NCBI GenBank assembly: GCA_047284725.1
Contig: JBJBEO010000001.1
Span: forward strand, 1,784,203-1,848,202
From: Synechococcus sp.
GTDB lineage: Bacteria; Cyanobacteriota; Cyanobacteriia; PCC-6307; Cyanobiaceae
DNA length: 64,000 nt
Reading direction: 5' to 3'
This document shows positions 58,337-64,000 of this stretch, piece by piece. How positions within the stretch are numbered: the stretch's first letter is position 1; each line of letters opens with the position of its first letter. The notes beneath the pieces were generated by a model. That model was not told the origin of the DNA. It did no database searches and worked only from the letters and a program-made list of their open reading frames with translations. Made by a program: the position numbers and the translations under genes.

Positions 58337-59873
58337 CCAAGCTCTCGCTCACAGTGTTCAGTCTGTCGAGTTTGGCCTCGAGATACGCCAGAAACGCAGC
58401 GCTGCTCAACGGCTCACCACTCACCCGTTCCACCAGTTGTTCCGCATTCAAGGCACGCCCGATCGGATGCACATGCTCGCGCAACCAGGTCAGCAGGGGG
58501 GCAACATCCCCGGCTGCTACATGCTCTTCCGGAGATCCAATCGCCGCCGCCATGGCCTCACTGAGCTGAGCACTCACCAGATGCCCCAGCAGATAGGAAG
58601 GGAAATACCCGAAGAGCCCCTCCGACCAGTGCACATCCTGAAGGCAGCCCTCAGCATCATTGGCAGGCACCACGCCGAGCAACTCCCGGTAGCGGCGGTT
58701 CCATTCCTGGGGAAGATCATCCACGCCGAGTCCCTGTTCCAGCAGAGCGAGCTCCAGATCCGTGCGGATCATGATGTGCAGGCCGTAGCTGAGCTCATCG
58801 GATTCCACCCGATTCGTGCCCGGGGCAATCGGGTTCATCGCTTGCCAGAGCATGCCGGCGGAGTCAATCGCAGCGCCTTCAGACTGGAAACGCTGCCACC
58901 ACTGTTGGGCGAATGGCTGACTGCGGGCCACACGGTTTTCCCAGAACAAGGACTGGCTTTCATGCACCGCCATGGACGTGGCCTGCCCCAGGGGCCAGGC
59001 AAACCACTGATGGCTGGCGTCAGGCAATCCCTGCTCATAAAGGGAATGCCCCCATTCGTGGGCTGTCGCCAGAAAACAGGACAGGGGCTGTCCTGGCACC
59101 ACCCTGGTGGTGAGCCTGAAGTCGTGAGGACCGAGCGTGATCGAGAACGGATGGGGTGACTCCGCCACACAGGTGATCGCCTCATCCCGTCCCCAGGCCT
59201 GAAGCAACTGATCGCAGAGCCGCTGCTGCTGAGCAGGGCTGAGATCCCAGCTGAGCCGGCGTGGACGCGGAACGGTCTGGACCTGATCAAGCAGTTCAGG
59301 CAGACGCTGGCGAAGGGGCGCAAACAGAGCCTGGAGGCGGTCAAGGCGGAGATCAGGCTCGAAGGGTTGCGCCAGGGTTTCCCAACAACTGCGACCTTCA
59401 TCCAGCTGCCGGGCCTGCTCCTGCCGCAGGCTGATCAAACGACGAAGGGCGGGAGCAAACAGTGAAAAATCACTGGCAGCACGCGCTTGCTGCCAGACGT
59501 CGTACCCCTCGGCCTTCGCCGTGGCCAGGGCAGCGACCAACTCAGGATCCTGCCGTCGCTGGCGCCTCAGTTCCTGCTCCAGCAGATCGAGATTGCGACC
59601 GTGCGCATCGATCAACGCAGGAGCACGATCGGCGCGATCTCTCTGCTGCTGCCACTCGGAACGGGCCTCAGCGACAAGCTCTGCATAGACATCAGAACTC
59701 TGGCGCTGATGCAGCTGTCTGGCCAGCAGCGTCAGCTGCTCGCCACGCCAGGGAGCGCCACCTGAAGGCATCCGGGTGTTCTGATCCCAGTAAAGGGTGC
59801 TTTGAACACTGCCCAGCAGCTTCGTCTCCCTGAGATAGCTACCGAGCCGGGACCAGGCCTGTTCACCGCTCAC
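58311..59873 (-). CDS. Carboxypeptidase, family M32 (Taq)
   Basis: WDQNTRMP, HPFS, HEWGH, HESQS, GCLQDVHW, GYFPSY. Confidence 0.95.
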   Translation of the reverse strand: MSGEQAWSRLGSYLRETKLLGSVQSTLYWDQNTRMPSGGAPWRGEQLTLLARQLHQRQSSDVYAELVAEARSEWQQQRDRADRAPALIDAHGRNLDLLEQELRRQRRQDPELVAALATAKAEGYDVWQQARAASDFSLFAPALRRLISLRQEQARQLDEGRSCWETLAQPFEPDLRLDRLQALFAPLRQRLPELLDQVQTVPRPRRLSWDLSPAQQQRLCDQLLQAWGRDEAITCVAESPHPFSITLGPHDFRLTTRVVPGQPLSCFLATAHEWGHSLYEQGLPDASHQWFAWPLGQATSMAVHESQSLFWENRVARSQPFAQQWWQRFQSEGAAIDSAGMLWQAMNPIAPGTNRVESDELSYGLHIMIRTDLELALLEQGLGVDDLPQEWNRRYRELLGVVPANDAEGCLQDVHWSEGLFGYFPSYLLGHLVSAQLSEAMAAAIGSPEEHVAAGDVAPLLTWLREHVHPIGRALNAEQLVERVSGEPLSSAAFLAYLEAKLDRLNTVSESLDGSIAERP

Positions 59874-60156
59874 TCCAGATTCCACGTACCGGATACACCA
59901 CGATCGCAAACCTCAAAACGCAGCGCGAGCTCAAGCCAAGACCTTCAGGACCCTAACGACAGCCGCCAAGCCAACTACCATCCAACGGCCAACCAACCTT
60001 GATCGAATGACTGACAATCAGAAAGCCCACATCCGGCTCAACACCCGGTTGCAACGCATCATCACGTTGTGGGCGCACAACGAACAGACATCGCACTCCA
60101 AGGCCTCTTTAAAACGAGTGAATAAGACCTAGAATCAGCACATCCGCGCCGCAAAA

Positions 60157-60738
60157 GTGCAAGAAGCCGACTACAGCAAGAGCGCGAAGATCGGAGAGAT
60201 TGATCGACTGCTAACTAAACCCGGAGAAATCGACCGACTCCTTGACCACATCGATCAAGACATCGTCAAATCCAAAGCCAGAAAAAAGACTCGGACCACA
60301 AACCAGCCAATCAAACAGCGCCATCATGCCCGGAGCGATCGAACAAACCTCCTCAAGATCGGCAGCCTCTCCTTCCTCCTCGGAGGAGTGATCGCAACAG
60401 GGCACTTCTACAGTCAAAACTCGTCCGCCAGTTCCGAGCCTGCACAACTGAAAAACCGCGAATTGGAAGCGAGTCTGCAACCAACAACCCCTGTCATCAT
60501 CGAGGCCACTGACGACTGTTGGATCTCAGTTCGCAGTGCCTCCAGGTCAATCCTTTATGAAGATGTTCTTCAAGAGGGCAAATCCTTACGTTTGATCCTT
60601 CCCAGTGGCTTTGAGATCTACGCAGGCCGGCCGGAGTCCCTGACGGTCAAGATCAACGGAACCGAAAGCAGCCTCAGTCCTCAGCTGCGCTGGCATCCAT
60701 TTCCAGGACAGGAATCAGAAGAGCATTCACGCCTCTAA
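60157..60738 (+). CDS. Membrane protein with DUF4115-like domain; paralog of 10473-11072
   Basis: EIDRLLTKPGEIDRLL, TM, DCWISVR..LYEDVLQEG..GRPESLTVKING. Confidence 0.75.
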   Translation: MQEADYSKSAKIGEIDRLLTKPGEIDRLLDHIDQDIVKSKARKKTRTTNQPIKQRHHARSDRTNLLKIGSLSFLLGGVIATGHFYSQNSSASSEPAQLKNRELEASLQPTTPVIIEATDDCWISVRSASRSILYEDVLQEGKSLRLILPSGFEIYAGRPESLTVKINGTESSLSPQLRWHPFPGQESEEHSRL

Positions 60739-60992
60739 CAGCAGCGTCGCGCAGATCCCATCCAGGCCCTCTCACTGAGCACAAGAACTCATCACAGAAC
60801 GTCGATCTGCGCTTAGACCATCAGTACGACCGAGGGGGCGACACCAGCCGTCAGGTCGCAGGTGGGGCTGTCGAGCGGCCTCACTGTCAGGTCATTTCTC
60901 CTGGGAGTAGGACCGGGGGAAATGACCCCTGTTGATCAGTCAGGGGAACTGACGGATGCACACGCACCCAAACCTGGCAAAGCCGGTCCGGA

Positions 60993-61160
60993 TCAGTCGA
61001 GCTTGAAAAACAACTTCGACTCGATCGCAAGCTCATCGTGTTCGTCCACACCGTCACCTTCGACGAGCTCAATCGCAAAGTCTTTGTCGGTGAGCTCGTG
61101 GACGATTTTCTGACCTTCGAGAAGGTTATGAACAATCAGAATGCGTTTCATTGCAAACAT
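60993..61160 (-). CDS. Small acidic protein (55 aa)
   Basis: Read manually: MFAMKRILIVHNLLEGQKIVHELTDKDFAIELVEGDGVDEHDELAIESKLFFKLD*. Confidence 0.5.
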   Translation of the reverse strand: MFAMKRILIVHNLLEGQKIVHELTDKDFAIELVEGDGVDEHDELAIESKLFFKLD

Positions 61161-61187
61161 GTGGAGGTTGACCAGGCCAGCAACGCC

Positions 61188-61502
61188 TCAGCCTCCTGAA
61201 TCTTCCACATCGGAGCCGGAACCAACAGAGCCCTCCATCTCCTGACCAGGCCGCCATCCCTGCGACCAGAGTCCTCGACACTTGGCGTTGAGGGCGTCGC
61301 GGTCAAGCCCCCAGTGCTTCATCGCGCGTTCGATGTCGTCCTGAATATCGGGCGATCCCGGGAAGCCTTCGTAACGCATCAGCAGCCTTGCAGCGTGCGT
61401 GAGTTGTTCAGGTCCCGGTTTACCATCATGCCCGAGCAGAGAGTCAACAACCTCTCGATCCGTCGCGTACAGGGGATGGGTCTGAGAGGTGTCGTCTGCC
61501 AT
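61188..61502 (-). CDS. DUF3288 family protein
   Basis: QTHPLYATDR..ARLLMRYEGFPG..WGL. Confidence 0.85.
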   Translation of the reverse strand: MADDTSQTHPLYATDREVVDSLLGHDGKPGPEQLTHAARLLMRYEGFPGSPDIQDDIERAMKHWGLDRDALNAKCRGLWSQGWRPGQEMEGSVGSGSDVEDSGG

Positions 61503-61553
61503 GGGGAAAGTGTGCCACCAGACAACGTCCCTCGCCGCCAGGTGGACGGCTGC

Positions 61554-61859
61554 TCAGCCCCCATCCACCTGGCACCCGATCAGCACACCGGCCGCACCAC
61601 CGATCGGAACACCGATCCAGCGACCGTTTCCCCGAGACAGCATCGCTCCGAGGCCTGCCCCCAGCAAGCCCCCGATCACACTGCCTTCGATGCAGCTGTT
61701 GGTGTCAGCGGGCGCCGCAGGTCCACGCTCACGCACAAAACCCACTTCGGCATCATCACCCCGGTCAAGCCAAACAGGGTCGTAGCGATGATCAGCCAAC
61801 ACGGGTGGCATTCCCCAGGCACCGACAACCAGAGATGCAGCAACAATCCTTGTGAACAT
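61554..61859 (-). CDS. Glycine-zipper 2TM protein
   Basis: DTNSCIEGSVIGGLLGAGLGAMLSRGNGRW..GCQVDGG. Confidence 0.85.
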   Translation of the reverse strand: MFTRIVAASLVVGAWGMPPVLADHRYDPVWLDRGDDAEVGFVRERGPAAPADTNSCIEGSVIGGLLGAGLGAMLSRGNGRWIGVPIGGAAGVLIGCQVDGG

Positions 61860-62120
61860 GGCAGGGCCAGCAACACATCAAGGCTGCTGGGCTTTGGTGC
61901 CGCCAGATGACTGAACGACGATGCAACTCTGAGCAGATGTGACTGCCCCGTCCATCGTCTTCGCCACCGGTCGATGGTCAGGACCTCACAATCTTCCCTG
62001 TCATGCACCACCCACCGCAGGACGCAAACGCTCGACCGCTGCCACGTGAAGAAGCGCGAAGCGTGCTCCCAGTTGCTCCCAGCATTGTCAGACTTTGTTG
62101 ACATAAACGGAGGGTGTGGG

Positions 62121-62342
62121 ATGAGCAACCCGATCAAGGCACCGGCTTGCCATTTGAGCTGGACTGTGACCAAGGTGTCTCGCCAGCTCTTTGCCGTTGC
62201 CGCCACCTTGAACGGTGCTGACTATGACTTCGTTGGCAACTTCCGGTCTTTGCGGGAAGCCCATGCCGCTGGAAGGCTTTATGCCCACAACCTTGCCCAT
62301 CAGCAGGTGAGTGCCACCCGTGAGAGGGTGCAGGCGGCTTGA
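62121..62342 (+). CDS. Small hypothetical protein
   Basis: GGAGG upstream; W.V..VG.F.SL.EAHAAGR. Confidence 0.6.
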   Translation: MSNPIKAPACHLSWTVTKVSRQLFAVAATLNGADYDFVGNFRSLREAHAAGRLYAHNLAHQQVSATRERVQAA

Positions 62343-62354
62343 TTCAGGTCGGCT

Positions 62355-63266
62355 GTGCTGCCGCTGGTCTATCACCCCCTCTATTCCGCCCCACTCCCCA
62401 GCAGCCATCGCTTTCCGATGGCGAAGTTCAAGCTGCTGCATCAACTCCTACAGGCGCGGAACCTGGTTCAAGATCAGCAGATCCATCGCCCTTTGAGCAT
62501 CAGTCGACGGGATCTGGAAACCATCCACCGCCCTGATTATCACCGCGACTTCTGCCGAGGAAGCCTCAGCCGCGAGGCCCAGCGCCGCATCGGACTGCCG
62601 GCCACACGTCCCTTGGTCCACCGCACCTGGCTTGCGGTCGGAGGCACCTTACTCACGGCGCAGTTGGCCCTGAAGACAGGTCTTGCCTGTCACCTCGCCG
62701 GTGGGACCCACCACGCGCATCCAGGCTTCGGAAGCGGCTTCTGCATCTTCAACGACTGCGCCGTCGCAGCAGCCGTCCTGCTGATGCAGACCAGCGTGCA
62801 GCAGGTGCTGATCATCGACCTCGACGTGCATCAGGGAGACGGAACAGCGGCCTGCTTCAACGCCGACCCACGGGTCTTCACGCTGTCGGTGCATGCCCAG
62901 AGCAATTTCCCCCTGCGCAAGGTGAGCAGTGATCTCGACATCCCCCTAGCGGATCAAACGGGTGATGCCGCCTACATGGCAGCCATCGGCGATCAGCTCC
63001 CGGATCTGCTCGACCGTTTGCAACCGGATTTAGTGCTCTACAACGCGGGGGTGGATCCGCACCGTGATGACCGACTGGGAAGGCTGTGCCTCACCGACCA
63101 CGGCCTCCTGCAGCGCGATCGGCTTGTGCTGGATGCCTGCCTTCGCCGCAACATTCCTGTTGCCACCGTGATCGGCGGCGGCTACGACGACCTCCTTCCT
63201 CTCGTTGAGCGCCATGCCCTGGTGTTTCGCGCTGCGCTGGAACAGGCTCGGCTCTATGGAATCTGA
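62355..63266 (+). CDS. Histone deacetylase family protein
   Basis: HRFPMAKF, GGTHHA, GFCIFND, DLDVHQGDG, AGVD, GGGY. Confidence 0.93.
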   Translation: MLPLVYHPLYSAPLPSSHRFPMAKFKLLHQLLQARNLVQDQQIHRPLSISRRDLETIHRPDYHRDFCRGSLSREAQRRIGLPATRPLVHRTWLAVGGTLLTAQLALKTGLACHLAGGTHHAHPGFGSGFCIFNDCAVAAAVLLMQTSVQQVLIIDLDVHQGDGTAACFNADPRVFTLSVHAQSNFPLRKVSSDLDIPLADQTGDAAYMAAIGDQLPDLLDRLQPDLVLYNAGVDPHRDDRLGRLCLTDHGLLQRDRLVLDACLRRNIPVATVIGGGYDDLLPLVERHALVFRAALEQARLYGI

Positions 63267-63297
63267 AGCCAGAACAGTGCGGACAGCGCCGAGACGG

Positions 63298-63543
63298 TCA
63301 GAAACCGCGGCTGTCGTTTTGACGCATCTCCAGACGCAGACGCTGATAGCGGAGCACGGCGCGCTCCCGGTCAAGGTGGGGAAACAGCCAACAGGCCTCC
63401 TCAGCGTTCACAGGCTCGAGCAACCAGTCGTGAGCTGGATCCGGTGCCACCTGCTGGGGCGAGCGATCCCAGATCCGTTGGAGCGGAGAGGAGCAACTGA
63501 ACCAGACACGCCTGAAGCGATCAAACAAATCGAGAGGGTGCAC
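63298..63543 (-). CDS. Small hypothetical protein
   Basis: Protein-like ORF. Confidence 0.5.
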   Translation of the reverse strand: MHPLDLFDRFRRVWFSCSSPLQRIWDRSPQQVAPDPAHDWLLEPVNAEEACWLFPHLDRERAVLRYQRLRLEMRQNDSRGF

Positions 63544-63552
63544 GGCGTCGGC

Positions 63553-63819
63553 TCAGTGTTTGCGGCAATAGCCGCCATCGGCATTGACCCATCCGGTGGG
63601 ACAGGGCGCGCCCCGAGAAGGACGCAGCGTGTACGTCATCAACCCCAGGGTGCTGCACTCCCTCTGGGCGACTGCGACGTAGCCGCGAGGACACGTGTCC
63701 TCCAGCTTGGGCACGACGCGTTGAGCCCAGGCGGCCGGGGCTCCGACCCAACCTGCAAGAGCACCGATCAACCCCACCGCCACGGCACTGCAAGCATTCC
63801 TCCCAGGCTGAAGCACCAC
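63553..63819 (-). CDS. Small secreted Cys-rich protein
   Basis: Signal ending AWA; duplicated CP.G(Y/W)V....C motif; start uncertain. Confidence 0.55.
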   Translation of the reverse strand: MVLQPGRNACSAVAVGLIGALAGWVGAPAAWAQRVVPKLEDTCPRGYVAVAQRECSTLGLMTYTLRPSRGAPCPTGWVNADGGYCRKH

Positions 63820-63905
63820 TGCGGCATGGCAACACGGTCTCAAGATAGGAAGCGCGTTCAAGTCCGTTCAACACCCACCACACTGGAGCCACCAGGATCC
63901 CGACC

Positions 63906-64000
63906 ATGGCCGCCACCCTGCTCAGCACAGACGAACTGAACAACCTTCACCAGACCCTTCCCCACTGGCAGTTGGTCAATGGCCAACTGGAGCGCCGCTG
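63906..64000 (+). CDS. Probable pterin-4a-carbinolamine dehydratase, 3'-truncated
   Basis: MAATLLS..L..L...LPHWQLVNGQLERR N-terminus. Confidence 0.55.
   Translation, partial: MAATLLSTDELNNLHQTLPHWQLVNGQLERR

Noticed and set aside
1..64000. tRNA/rRNA, transposase/integrase, known riboswitches, HIP1 enrichment
   Set aside because: None recognised by eye; GCGATCGC occurs only sporadically and enrichment cannot be judged without counts

Overview
64-kb window from a picocyanobacterium, most likely a marine Synechococcus: it has an ocp-crtW-frp photoprotection cluster, a SynZur-like regulator, a Nif11-domain protein and many small conserved hypotheticals. Most of it looks like flexible/accessory genome. 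Main blocks: (1) 0-13 kb, two SPFH genes, a Zn-ribbon gene, ocp-crtW-frp, SDRs and a PilZ protein; (2) 13-18.7 kb, a zinc-uptake locus with a permease/TIGR03943 operon, ZnuA-like protein, His/Asp/Glu-rich outer-membrane protein, Zur and a Zur box; (3) 19.6-35.6 kb, the most unusual region: a cell-envelope cluster with a vWA-like lipoprotein, membrane protein, tubulin/FtsZ-like GTPase, 1,098-aa actin/Hsp70-fold ATPase and two coiled-coil paralogs, preceded by two peptidoglycan amidases, a Zn-peptidase and four membrane proteins sharing a non-canonical prepilin-like N-terminus (G|FS[NT]Q[QH]xLL...FPLG) fused to four different C-terminal domains; (4) 36-48 kb, mixed genes (YjbQ, RTX-like protein, GH57-like, P450, CsgG, Nif11); (5) about 49-56.5 kb, an AT-rich c-di-GMP signalling island (two GGDEF, one PAS-GGDEF-EAL); (6) 56.6-64 kb, small genes, a NblA-like ORF overlapping an M32 carboxypeptidase, an HDAC-family gene and a partial pterin dehydratase. 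No tRNA, rRNA, CRISPR array or transposase was recognised. All family calls come from reading motifs by eye, not from database searches, and many start codons are best guesses.
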